Assembly: GCF_001194135.2 (NCBI RefSeq)
Contig: NC_068994.1
Coordinates: forward strand, 18,746,785 to 18,810,784
Length of the DNA: 64,000 nt
Reading direction: 5' to 3'
From: Octopus bimaculoides
Lineage: Eukaryota
Part shown: one piece after another, positions 51,634 through 63,973 of the stretch
Numbering within the stretch: the stretch's first letter is position 1
Layout of the letters: every line of letters starts with the position of its first letter
Program-made: the position numbers and the translations under genes
The notes under the pieces: generated by a model
What the model was told of the DNA's origin: nothing
What the model saw: the letters and a program-made list of their open reading frames with translations, nothing else
The model's database searches: none

Positions 51634-52266
51634 CATACATATGTACACATATATATATTTACACAAATATATATATATATTGGCTCCCATGCCAGTGGCA
51701 CATTAATAGCACTATCTGAACGGGATCGATGCCAGGCCTGCCTGACTGGCTCCTGTACCAGTGGCACGTAAAAAGCACCCACTACACTCTCAGAATAGTT
51801 GGCATTAGGAAGGGCATCCAGCTGTAGAAACATTCTGGTGTAGCCGCTGACTCTCCAGAACTCAGTCAAACAGTCCAACCCATGCCAGCATGGAAAACGG
51901 ACATTAAACGATGATGATGATGTATATATATATATATGAGTATATATTTGTGTAAATATATATATGTGTACATTTGTATGTATATATCTATATATATATG
52001 TATATATATATATATATGTATACATATGTTTATGTGGTGTGTGCCAGAGGGTTTGCAAATCCAATGGGGGTCTTAAAAGACATGTTAGGATCCACAATGA
52101 GCAGAACTTACTTGCAGGTATTGGTAGTGCAAATCAGAGGTGCAATCTGTGTGGGTGTTTTTTCAAAACACTGTCTGGTTTAAAAAGCCACATCAGACGC
52201 CATGAAAGGGCTAAGGTGTAGGTGCAGGAGGTGGTCAAACTCTGTTTAAGGAGTAGACAACCACCA

Positions 52267-52311
<45 letters not shown>

Positions 52312-52446
52312 GTATTTACATATGTATATATATATGTATCTATATATATATATGTGTATATGTATATGTTTATACACATATATGTGTGTATGTATGTGTG
52401 TATATATATTTATATATACATATACACATGGCACAGCCATGGGCAG

Positions 52447-52525
<79 letters not shown>

Positions 52526-52560
52526 ATGTATGTATTATATATATATATATATAACTAACA
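51500..52560. repeat. Large (TA)/(TATG)/(TACA) tract hosting a family B copy (51688-51921) and a ZnF fragment
   Basis: Direct reading. Confidence 0.9.
52033..52265 (+). mobile_element. Two intact C2H2 zinc fingers, stop codon and short 3' UTR; probably the 3' end of an RTE-type LINE
   Basis: CGVC-x12-HVRIH (52033-52095) and CNLC-x12-HIRRH (52141-52203), TAG at 52219-52221, embedded in microsatellite with no splice acceptor. Confidence 0.6.
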
Positions 52561-53852
52561 CACAAGGCATCAGTTGACTTCAGGCTATAGTAGAAGGCAC
52601 TTGCCCATGGTGCTGTGCAGTGGGACTGAACCTGAAACTACGTGGTTGCAAAGCAAGCTTCTTAAGTACACAACCATGCATGGGCCTTACATATTACATA
52701 AAAATAATGACCACCTTAGGAAAAATAGTGAAACATACCTTCAGACACTCCATTCAAATTATGTTGACATTGTTACAACTTTCTTCCATCTTCTACATTA
52801 GAAATATATGATTTCAAATTTTGGCACAATTTGGAGAGGGTCAACTACATCAACCCCAGTGGTCAATTTATACTTCTTTTATTGACCCCAATAGGATGAA
52901 CGGTAAAGCGAACTTCAGAGGAATTTGAACTTGGTATGTAAAGACAGAAGAAATGCTTATCAATCCTGCCTGCTCTCTACCTTACATTAGTGTCATGGGA
53001 GAATCCTGAACACCCCCATGTAATTGGTAATTGAAGGGGAACTAACTGATTACAATAAATAAGAACTGAGTGAACTGTCAAGAAGGTTGTTGATGGTGTT
53101 AGTTCGTCCATGTTGGTTTGCCATGTTAGTTTGGTGTCTATTGTTTTAACAGTTGGTCGTTGAACAGTGAATGCTGAGTATTGAAGCTATGTGTGAGTTG
53201 TACAGAGTGCATTCTGTGTTAGCATATATTTCTGTGACAGGTTATTTTTAGATAACCACAACCAACTATTTATTTGTGTAATACCATTTTACACCAGACA
53301 TGTATAACCATGTCATAACAATTAGATATATGTATATAATGCTATAATATATCACACATTATAACTGTGTTGACTGAGATCTCCATCGACAGGCTGCTGG
53401 TATGTGAAATCTTAGCTACTGGAGTTAAGTCTATTAATTTGGAGGGTTAAAGTTGTGATGTTGCTTTGGTGTAATGGTTAGCACAGCTATTCAATTCACA
53501 GCAAATGTGGTGTCTGAATCCTGCAGTCAATGTTACAGTGTTTTTATATAGCACCTAGGGCAAGTGTCTTCTATTATTGGCTGCAAGCTGACTAAAGCCT
53601 TGAAAGTAGATTTGCTAGACTGAAACTAGAAGAAACCCATTGTTTATATGTGTGTGAGTGTGCGTATACATACATACATACATACATACGCATATACATA
53701 CATACATACATCGTAGAATGGAGTTAGTGCATTTTTAGTATCACTAATTCCATTCTTCAATGTTTTTAGTATATATACTCCACAAGGAACTTGCCCCTTT
53801 CAATTTTCAGATAGCCAGCCACTATATTGAATTATATAACCCAACTTAGCTG

Positions 53853-53908
<56 letters not shown>

Positions 53909-54149
53909 ATGTGTGTGTGCATGCTTGTGTGTGTTTTCACACAAATACACAAATATATCTTACAGAGAAACTCTAATAGTAACTTTCCAAATGGAATTAT
54001 ACTAACTTAAATATGAAAGTTAAAAGAAATTTATTGTTCTTTTTCTCTCCATGTCAAGCCCATTTGAACAGACTTAAGATCAAAAATGCTCCAGATGTGA
54101 CTAGTTCATCTTTTTTGCAATATCTTCCGTTCCTTAGACAGGAAAGTAT

Positions 54150-54590
54150 GGGGAACCTGTGGGGAAAGTAAACCCAGGAAGATGTGGGACGAGGTGGTGA
54201 GAATGGATCTCCAGATGTTGAGTTTCACTGAGGAGTTGATAAAGGACCAAGATTTCTGGTGATTTGCTGTGCTTGAGAAGACACAACATGTTAAGTAAAA
54301 TTGTGGCCATCCATGCATACAGGTAGGTTCTTTATGTCTGTGCTGGTGCCACATAAAAAGCACTCCTACTAATGCCATGTAGAAACACTCGTGCCAGTGC
54401 CATATAGAAGTATCTGTGCCAATGTCACATAAAACGTACCCAGAACAGTCTGTAAAGTGGTTGTCATTAGGAAGGGCATCTAGCCATAGAAATTATGCCA
54501 GAACAGACAAATGGAGCCTGGCCAGCTCCTGTCAAACCATCTAACCCATGCCAGCATGAAAAACAGACACTAAATGACGATGATGATGAT
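54150..54590 (+). mobile_element. RTE ORF2 C-terminus plus family B 3'UTR
   Basis: KPRKMWDEVVRMDLQMLSFTEELIKDQDFW*FAVLEKTQHVK*, followed directly by the B sequence and GATGAT tail. Confidence 0.85.
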
Positions 54591-55104
54591 TTGGTTGCTC
54601 TTTCCAGAAGATCAAGCAACAACATCAAAGCTACATTTTTGTGTCATACATGTTATCAACATTACTCAATGATATGTCATCTATTATGTTTATATTCACC
54701 TCTAGACAGGAAATATTCACATGACAGGAAATATGTTCACAACTTTACAGGAAGTATCAAATTAGCCCTTGTACTTGACTGGTTCTTTATTTTATCAATC
54801 CAAAATGATGAACAGTATTGTAAACTGAAGTGGTGATTTCAACTAAAAAATTAAAAATGCACAGCAAATACAAAATATTTGTTCTTTTAATCCAGTATAC
54901 CTCAAGACATATTGTGGTCTTCACTTCTTTGTTTCTTGAGAAGTGTTCAAAAGAATTCTAAAGCTGTCTTGAGCTTTGTCTGTAGTCAATAACTCTACAT
55001 TAATTAGGGAGATTTTCCCTCAAGGTTAATCACAAAGAATCCAGAAAATTTATCTGATGAGTTAGAAAACAATGTATAAATTATTAATTCAGTTTTGATC
55101 AACA

Positions 55105-56262
55105 GTGGCTGTGTGGTAAGTGGTTTGCTTCCCAATCATGTGGTCCCAAGTTCAGTCTCACTGCATGACACCTTGAGCAAGTGTCTTCCACTAGAACCCC
55201 ATACTGACCAAAGCTTTGTGAGTGGATTTGGAAACTGAAAGAAACCTGTCACACACACACACACACACACACACAGGCATACACACTCACACACACATCT
55301 GTGCCCATGTGTGCGTGCATTCACACACACACATTCACACCTACACCCGCCCATTCACACATATTTATCTATAATAATAAATGGCAAGTTTGTGAATTTG
55401 TTACTTTAACTCCTCCAAGACTATCCAACAGACCTTGATGAATCAGCATCGATTTTTCAAAAATCGTAAGATTTCGGCATTTTCTGCACTAGCCATTGTG
55501 ACATCAATTTGATGAAAAATGCCAAAATTTGATGAAAAATGTTTCATGGGTATAAACAAACAGCTTAGTAACGGTAATTTATTTAGCATTTGTTAATTCT
55601 TCATTTCAATGTGAATTGTTTTGATTTGCTAAAGCTTATTATTTCAATTCGTTGTTCAAATTCCACAGCATTTCAGGTTTTCATTAGGTAAGAGCATTTT
55701 ATTTCTCAAGCAAAATTTAGGCATTTTGCACACTCGCTGTTGTGACATCAATTTGACGAAATCTGCGCCAAAGCGTAAAATTTCACCATTTTATGCACAT
55801 GCACAAAAATGATGATAACACGGGTTCACTACCAGACTCTGCTCATTTTTTCATCAAATTGGTCCTACCCATGAATATAGATTTTAAATTTGTGAAAAAT
55901 CCCAAAATTTGATGAAAAATGTTTCATGGCTATCAACAGACATCTTATTAATGGTAATTTATTACCAGGTACCTCTAGCTAGTATATGTATATATCTATG
56001 TATGCTTTTTTTGTGTTTGTCTTTGTGTCAAACCACCACTTGACAACCGGTGTTAGCTTGTTTATTTACTCAGTATTTAGCAGTTAAGTGTAAGAGGCTA
56101 ATAAATAAGTACCAGGCTTTAAAAAAGTACCAGGCTTTAAAAAAAGTACTTGGATCAATTCTAAAGTTGACTAAAATTCGACTAAAATTCTTCAAGGTGA
56201 TGCTCCAGCATGGCTGCAGTCCAATGACTGAAAGAAGTAAAAGATGCAATGGTAAAAGATAA
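55105..56262 (+). mobile_element. SINE A split by a Helitron (55105-55250 and 55990-56262)
   Basis: Head and core, then (CA)n; body and tail resume after 55983; 18-bp tandem duplication AAGTACCAGGCTTTAAAA. Confidence 0.85.
55368..55982 (+). mobile_element. Non-autonomous Helitron
   Basis: A|TC start, hairpin TGGTAAT/ATTACCA (55952-55967), CTAG|T end, no TSD. Confidence 0.75.
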
Positions 56263-56669
56263 TAGTTCTTACTGATACAATCATAATGTACGAAGAACAA
56301 CAACTTTATAATTTTAGTTAATTGTAATTTAGTTCCTGGACAGATCATTCCCATTCATAATTAATGTATTTTTATAATTAATAACTTTCTGAAAATGGTG
56401 AGCTAGCAGAGTCATTAGTACACCAGGCAAAATGCAGAGTGGCACTTTGCCCATCTTTATGTTCTGAGTTCAAATCAAATGCTGATGAGGTCAACTTTGC
56501 CTTTCATCCTTTCAGGGTTGATAAAATAAGCTCCAGATAAGGACTGGGGTTGGTGTAATTAACCTATTCCCCTTCCCAAACTTCTTGGTCTGGTGACAGT
56601 ATTTGAAACCTGTTGCTCTCTTCCCACCTCCCTGCAACACTGTAGCATATTATTTGATAGTACTTTATC

Positions 56670-56940
56670 AGTTCGAATCCTGGGCTTGGCTGTGTGTCGT
56701 ATTCTTGAGCAAGACGCTTTATTTCACATTGCTCCAGTTCATTCATTTGTAGAAATGAGTTGCGATGTCACTGCTGCAAGCTGTATTGGGTTTTGCCTTT
56801 CCCTCGGATAATGTCAGTGGCATGGAGAGGAGAAGCTTGTATGCATAAACAATGTTGCCTGGACTTGTGTCTTTGAGGGGAACTTTTTTGGTGCAATCCT
56901 ATGGTCATTCATGACCAAAGGGGGTCTTGATCTTCAAACG
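56670..56940 (+). mobile_element. SINE with C-type core and a different 3' tail
   Basis: GTTCGAATCC B box and TCTTGAGCAAGACGCTTTATTTCAC as in 1405-1645, with an unrelated tail. Confidence 0.7.
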
Positions 56941-57288
56941 TTGGTCTCTCGTGACTGAAGGGGATGCTCTTTACTCTACCACAGCTATCTGGATATCTTA
57001 GACCAACTCCATGTGGATTTTTCACAAGGATTGCACTTCTAAATTGTTTTCTTCCTTTTTTTTCCATTTTCTCCTTTTCTTTCTTTCTCTCTTTCCACTC
57101 ATTTTCCTTTTCTCTTTCTACCTCTTTCTACTTTTTACACCATCCTAAGAAGGACAGTGTCTGAAACCTTTTAATTATCAACTCTTTCCATTTCTCTGAG
57201 TATTAAAATAATAATTTTGATTATGAATTTATCCCTTTTTTTTTGTATTTTGTTTTTTGTTGTTTGCTTTCTCAGCTCTCTCTGTGTC

Positions 57289-57319
<31 letters not shown>

Positions 57320-57380
57320 GTATGTGTGTGTGTGTGTGTGTATTTGTGTGAGCATATATATATATATAGATATAGATAGT

Positions 57381-57416
<36 letters not shown>

Positions 57417-58309
57417 CATAGAGAGAAAGAGAGAGAGTGGGGCGGAGAGAGAGGAGAGCAGAGGAGAGGGAGAATAGAGGAAAGAATGAGGAAGGACAAA
57501 ATGACAGATGTATCATTGTGTTCCCTGAACAAGCAGGCAGAACCAAGAAAGCTGGAGTAACAATGGAGTACATTATTGGCCTTGAATGAAGGAATGAACT
57601 CTACTTCATGGCGTCAACTTTATGTCATAACATTCCATTGTGAACATAACAGGAAACTTAGCAATATATCAATTTTATAGATGCAATCTATAACCGTTTT
57701 CACCTTCACAAGGAAGCAAAAAATGGATTGTTGTACTAAGTAAGCAAAATAGGATACTAAAGTGAAAACCTAAAGTGTCACTGATTCAAGTTCCCCTATT
57801 GAACCCCACTTTCTCAGTTACTTATTTGAACTCAACTGAAAGATTAGGGTAACTACGTATATTATATAGAATTAGTATGGTGAATATATATCCTTTCTAC
57901 TATAGTCACAAGGCCTGAAATTTGAGGGAAGGGGTAAGTCGATTACATCAACTCCAGTGCATAACTGGTTCTTATTTAATTGACCCTGAAAGGATGAAAG
58001 GCAAAGTCAACCTAGGTGGAATTTGAACTCAGAATGTGAAGACAGACGAAATACTGCCAAGCATTTCACCTGGCATGCTAATAATTCTGCCAGCTCATAG
58101 TATGGTGAATATATAGATTATTAGTATGGTGACTGTATAGAATTAGTATAGTAACTGGGAAAACTCCCAGATATGATTACACTTCAGAGAAAAAAGGATT
58201 GTGGATAACTTCTAGTGCTGGCTACAGGTAATGAGACTCATTTGGAATGATGATAAAAAGAAATGCAAGTTGTTAGAAATTTGAGGGAAGGTGAGGCTCA
58301 GTGCCTTAA

Positions 58310-58530
58310 CCCTTTCGTTAACCAACCCAGCTGAAACCGACTCTGGCTCTGAGTACAAATGTCTTGTTTTCATAAGTTTTGAATTAAAATCTTCCACCAA
58401 ACCTGAATCACAATTTATGTTCCTAACACTAGCTAAATGATAACTCAGTGATTTTACTAAATTCTTTGTTATATTAAAAGTAATTATAAGAAACACAGAG
58501 CATCTCAAAATAAATACAGTAACAAAAGGG
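58310..58530. mobile_element. piggyBac-like MITE (family H), 221 bp
   Basis: TTAA|CCCTTTCGTTAC ... GTAACAAAAGGG|CTAA. Confidence 0.8.
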
Positions 58531-58884
58531 CTAAGCATAAAGTTGAAAGAAAGCTAATACAACTTAATGGAAATGACTGGAAAATGTTAATGTGTGTAGG
58601 GTTTGCTGATCAAGTGGACATCTTTTCCTAGATATAGCACTAAGAATGAGTATCTAAATTTGTCATGGGCAAACTAGAACCTATGGAATTTTCTGAATGG
58701 TACTTCGAATGAAAAATTACCTTAAATTATTTTAGTTGTACCGCCCACCTAATGATGAATCATGGTTCATGTGACTCACTTCTTGAGAAAGGTTGCCCAT
58801 AAATGGTTTAAATGGTGAGTGAACTAGCCCAGCTATGTCAGCAGCACTTTAGTATAAGATGTATTTACAAATTTTTGTATATCA

Positions 58885-59125
58885 TTATCATCATCATCAA
58901 CATTTAACGCCTATTTTCCATGCTTGTATAGGTTGGATGGCTGGACAGGAACTGGCTGAGATAGGGGCTGCACCAGGTTCCATAGTCTGTTTTGGTATGG
59001 TTTCTACGGCTAGATGCCCTTCCTAACACTAACCACTTTACAGAATGTATTGGGTGCTTTTTATGTGGCATCATCACCAGTGCTTTTTACATGGCACCAG
59101 CACCCAAACCAATGCTTTTTATGAG
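58885..59125 (-). mobile_element. Family B copy
   Basis: CATCATCAACATTTAACG...GATGCCCTTCCTAAC...GCTTTTATGTGGCA on the plus strand. Confidence 0.8.
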
Positions 59126-59619
59126 GTACCTTGTTTTAGGATCCCAATTATGTATATTGATCCTAAAGTAAATACTCAGATTTGCAATACCATTCTGGGG
59201 AAGGCAAAGCCTGAAACACATAATGAAATACAGGTAATGTCTTGATCAAGAACACAAAGTAATAGCTATTACAGAATATGAAGCTCGTAATCCTCTCAGA
59301 CAATAATTTGTGACATTTATGGTCCAGACTTGTTTGCTATCATTGTTTAATCCACATCTGTATGCATAAATATTAAAACAAAAACTAAAAGAAAGGCTTT
59401 TAAGTAATTGAGTTATGCATTATTCTGGATTATCCTCTTCAATTAAGAATTTAAAAATAATGACGTAAAAACAAAGACACAATCAAATTAACTAAATGAA
59501 AATGTCAGCAGTAAAGATTGAACCAAATAGTGTTCTGAAATTTGATGTACTTTTAAGTAAAGTTTGCAAATACAGCAATAGCAACAAGTTTGTATGACAT
59601 GGGAAGAGGGTCTTGAGCT

Positions 59620-59816
59620 CTCAACTGGAGTCACTATGACCCTTGGGAGTCCATGTTGATTTTGTTGCTAAAGTTTATCTGTAATAAATTGGTTATATTT
59701 TTACAAAACACAAAATATTTTAACAATTTTTGTTAATACAATTCCTAATAGTAATTACTCAAGTAAAATAGGAATCAAAAGGGGTCCATAGGTAAAAAAA
59801 TGGTTTAGAAGTACTG
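59620..59816. mobile_element. hAT MITE related to 34843-35306, opposite orientation, decayed
   Basis: CTCAACTGGAGTC...GGGGTCCATAGGTAAAAAAATGGTTTAGAAGTACTG matches the reverse of the 34.8-kb MITE ends. Confidence 0.65.
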
Positions 59817-60764
59817 TACTAGAGAGAGAGGGGGTAGGGAGAGAGAGAGAGAGAGAGATAGGGGGCAGAAACAAATTCCAAAAGTTTATAATAACACTGA
59901 AGAAGTAGGTTTGTTTAAATAAGAAAGCGTGAGGCAAGAGGGATGAGTAAGAGAGGGAGAAGGCTAACCATGTGGAGAAGTTGTTAATAAGGGGTCAGTG
60001 GCTAGAGTGATGAATGAAGGAAAGGTTGGGGAATAACTGTAATGGGTTAAACAATTGCCTCTCTGGATTAAGGAGAAGCACTGGATTAAGGAGTATGGTA
60101 AACATAGAAACACACATACACACACATACATTCACATACCTATTTAAACACAGGCACACTTTCATACTAGCAGGAAGTAAGGAAACGTAAGGGAGTAAGA
60201 GTAAGAGTGATGCATAAGGGGTGAGAGAGTATGTCTGTGTGCACATATGGTTATCAACACATATTTTCACATTTAAGCTTATCTGAATTTTTGGAGTTTA
60301 CTAAATGACTTTTGCAGGCTCAGACTACCATTAGCTTCCATGGACTAGCATTTTATTTTTAGGTCAGTTACTGTTGGTTTAAGAGCTTTTTGTCCTTCTT
60401 TCTTCTAGGCTGCATCACTAATAAATTTTTTAAATGATTTCCTGTAGAAGTTTGCTTCCAACCTCATGTTTCACAGTTCATTAACTGAAACAAGTAAAAG
60501 GAAAAAGATACAAGCACAACAAAAATGTGTAGAAAAGGGACACAGTTAATAGAAATGACTCCATTAAATGACTGGAACTTATTTTATTGACTCCAGCAAA
60601 ATTGATGAACCAATGAAAGAGCCATTATGTGGTTATATGACCTGCTAGAAATGGGAGTTAAATCTCTTTTAAACCATACTTTAAACATTTTTCAAAATGT
60701 CACAACGCATTAGATTCACCATATCTAAATAAATAAATAAAAGAAAGGACTGAGATACTTGGCA

Positions 60765-61090
60765 CCTTGCTGTACTCAAGAAGACCTGTCCTTCACAGCA
60801 GAAGTGTTAAGATCACTCCCCCTGGTGAAGAGGATTGGCCCGCAAGAGTCATGTGCTGGTGCCACAAGCAAAAAGCACTCATGTTGGTGCCACATAAAAG
60901 CGCTTGTGTGATGCCATGTCAAATGCACCCAGCACACTCTGTAAAGTGGTTGGTGTTAGGAAGGGCATCCCCGCTGCAGAAACCAAGCAAAATCAGACTA
61001 GAACTTGTTGCAGCTCTCTTGCTTGCCTGCTCCTGTCAATCAGTGCACCTCATGTGAGCATGGAAAATGGACATTAAAGGATGACGATGA
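60765..61090 (+). mobile_element. Family B copy starting at the ORF2 end (AVLKKT)
   Basis: TTGCTGTACTCAAGAAGACC, tandem units and GATGACGATG tail. Confidence 0.8.
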
Positions 61091-61354
61091 ATAGCCACAG
61101 GTAGATTTTGACAATGTGTCTGCTTCATCAAATCCGACCTAGGGTTAAACAACAGGTCAGTTTGACCCAAACAGGATTTGAATTAAGAAATTCTTCCTGT
61201 CTGCCTGCAGTCCTGGTTGTCTCTTGGGTCATTTGTTCATTCATTTTCTACCTGTCCATTAGTCTGCTTATTTGTTTGCCTATTTGCCTGTCCATCCATT
61301 TTTATATCTGCCTGTTTGCCCATCAACCCACCTGTCTATCTGCACATCTGCCTG

Positions 61355-61690
<336 letters not shown>

Positions 61691-61803
61691 TAAGTAATGA
61701 TTTCTTGAATACAATACTAGAATGAAGACTTAATTTAATCAGATTTGTTTAGAACTCTTAGTATTTATGTGTGTGTGTTTGTGTGTGTGTATGTATGTAT
61801 GTA

Positions 61804-61838
<35 letters not shown>

Positions 61839-61899
61839 ACGCGTGCGCAATATACTTACAATATAACAGAACCAACAAGCAAAAACAAATTGAGCAAGC

Positions 61900-62060
61900 A
61901 TGGCTTCTGTGGTAAGATGTCTACTTCCCAATCACTTACTTCCATTTCCAGTGCCACCGTGTGGCACCTCGGGCAAGTGTCTTCTACTATAGCCCTCAGC
62001 TGACTAAAGCCTTGTGAGTGAATTTGGTAAACAGAAACTGAAAGAAGACCATTGCATTTA
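61900..62060 (+). mobile_element. SINE A 5' half (other partial copies ~52570-52682 minus, 53470-53650 and 60440-60510 plus)
   Basis: GTGGCACCTCGGGCAAGTGTCTTCTACTATAGCC...GAAACTGAAAGAAG. Confidence 0.85.
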
Positions 62061-62136
62061 TATATATGTGTATACATATGTGTATATATATGTATATATG
62101 TATATGAAGTAAGAACAGCTCTAGTATAATAAATAT

Positions 62137-62476
62137 TATTAAGTACATATACTAACGTATATGCTTTGTGTATTTTCCAGTAGTTGCAATGGCATAGTGG
62201 AGTATATAACCCTCATGTCGCTAGTATTAAAACCCCTTAGAATCATGAACAGGTAAGATAACTCACCTTCAATCCCATTTGGGAGTGATGGACATCGATG
62301 TTTCACTATTTTTGTGGCTTGTCAACATCACACACCTGATTGAAGGTGAGTTTTCTTGTTTGTCTATGTCTCTAAGATGTCTTAACACTGGTGACATGTA
62401 AATTATATACTCTGCTACACCATTGCAGCCACTGGAAAATACACAAAGCATTTACTTTTAGTATCTGTATTTAATA
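62137..62476. other. Long inverted repeat (114-bp gap-free core arms) carrying splice-like signals on both strands
   Basis: 62161-62274 versus the reverse complement of 62338-62451: 90/114 identical, no indels. Confidence 0.9.
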
Positions 62477-62492
62477 TGAATATATATATATA

Positions 62493-63293
62493 CAGGGTGC
62501 GGTGAATAAATTGTTGTCTAAATTATGCAAAAATGAAAATAATACAGACATTTCATTTTAGCAAATACATTTACCAAAATTACATAAAAATATTTTGAAA
62601 TACTAAAGAGTAAATTTATTCCATAAAATCGCCATTGGGTTCAACCATGGCCTCCAGACGACTTTAGAATCTTCTGCAGCTCTTCTGGATGGTCTCCTTG
62701 TTTAAGTTGGTGAATGCTGTCATAATCCTTGCCTTCAGTTCATCTTTGGTGTTACAAGGAGTTTTGTTGGCCTCTCGCTCAACTGCACCCCACACATAAT
62801 CAAGAGGCTTGCAGTCTGGGGAGTTAGGTGACCAGATGCTAGGGGTGAAGTGGTCACAGAAATTGTCTGACAGCCATGACAGGGTTCTCCTGCTTGTGTG
62901 GCATGGTACAGAGTCCTGTTGCCAGACATATAATCTTCCAGCAGTCACCCTCTTGACCCAGGGCAGCACTACCTCCTCCAGGCACTTGATGTAGACCTCT
63001 GTGTTGAGTCTGAGAGTGTGTGGGAAGATGAATGTAGGCATAATATCACCATCACTTGTGATCACTCTGAACACCATGTTGACAGGATGTTTGATTGTTA
63101 TCACTCTCGGTACATGTTTTGGGGACATGGCAAGCCTATGGTTCTTCTGTGTGTTCACCATCTGATCCTGGCAGAAATTTTTCTTGTCTGAGAAAAACCA
63201 AAGCATGTTCAATTGGAGGAGATACTTGAGTTTGTTCAAAAGCTTCATAGAACAGTCTTTCTTCTTGTCCTTGATGGCTAGGGATAAAAACAA
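62493..63293 (-). mobile_element. DD37D (maT/Bmmar1-type) transposon, 3' part with TIR
   Basis: ORF 62664-63293: FSD...WQQD-x37-D (PLDY), counted by hand; TA|CAGGGTGCGG terminus at 62493; frame breaks before the C-terminal SRLEAM. Confidence 0.92.
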
Positions 63294-63299
63294 TCCAGG

Positions 63300-63760
63300 T
63301 GAGCAGATATAGAGACAACACCCTTCCCACTAACACAAATAAAAATTTTTTTGTGGAGGATAGTGGCGGATGGAAAACAAGACAGCAAAACGAAACGGTG
63401 AAATAAACAAACAAAAAGGCTGTACAGCCAGACGTGGAGAAGTGTGTGTATATTGAATGTTGTGAAGCACGAACAGGAGAGGCGAAGAAGTGCGTCCGAA
63501 GCTGAGGTGGTAAGAGACCGAAAAGAAATGGCAACAGGACACATGTGACCAGCGAGGGGTAAGGAGAAATTTGTGTTCGTGGGAAGAGCCATTTTAACGA
63601 TGTGTCCTGCTCTAACTCTTCGAAACACCAGTGTTTTAATGGTGGCAGCTGATGAAGGATATGTTCTCTATGTGGCCTGTGTGTTTTTTGTACCTTGTTT
63701 ATCATTTTGTCTATGTTTTTTTTGCAGCGTCATGTACTCAGATATGTATCTATATGTACA
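63300..63760. repeat. Unclassified probable interspersed repeat
   Basis: Composition shift at the maT break; single copy in this window, so repeat status is inferred. Confidence 0.35.
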
Positions 63761-63789
63761 TGTAGATGAAGGTATGTACATACATGTAC

Positions 63790-63814
63790 ATATATATGCA
63801 TATACTCATATATT

Positions 63815-63855
<41 letters not shown>

Positions 63856-63928
63856 NNNNNNNNNNNNATATATATACATACATACATATATATGCATATA
63901 TGTATGTGTGTGTGTGTGTGTGTGTGTG

Positions 63929-63973
<45 letters not shown>

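Noticed and set aside
63600-63680. Hammerhead-like words GAAAC-ACCAGTGT and CTGATGA
   Set aside because: Stems I and II cannot be formed in the required topology.
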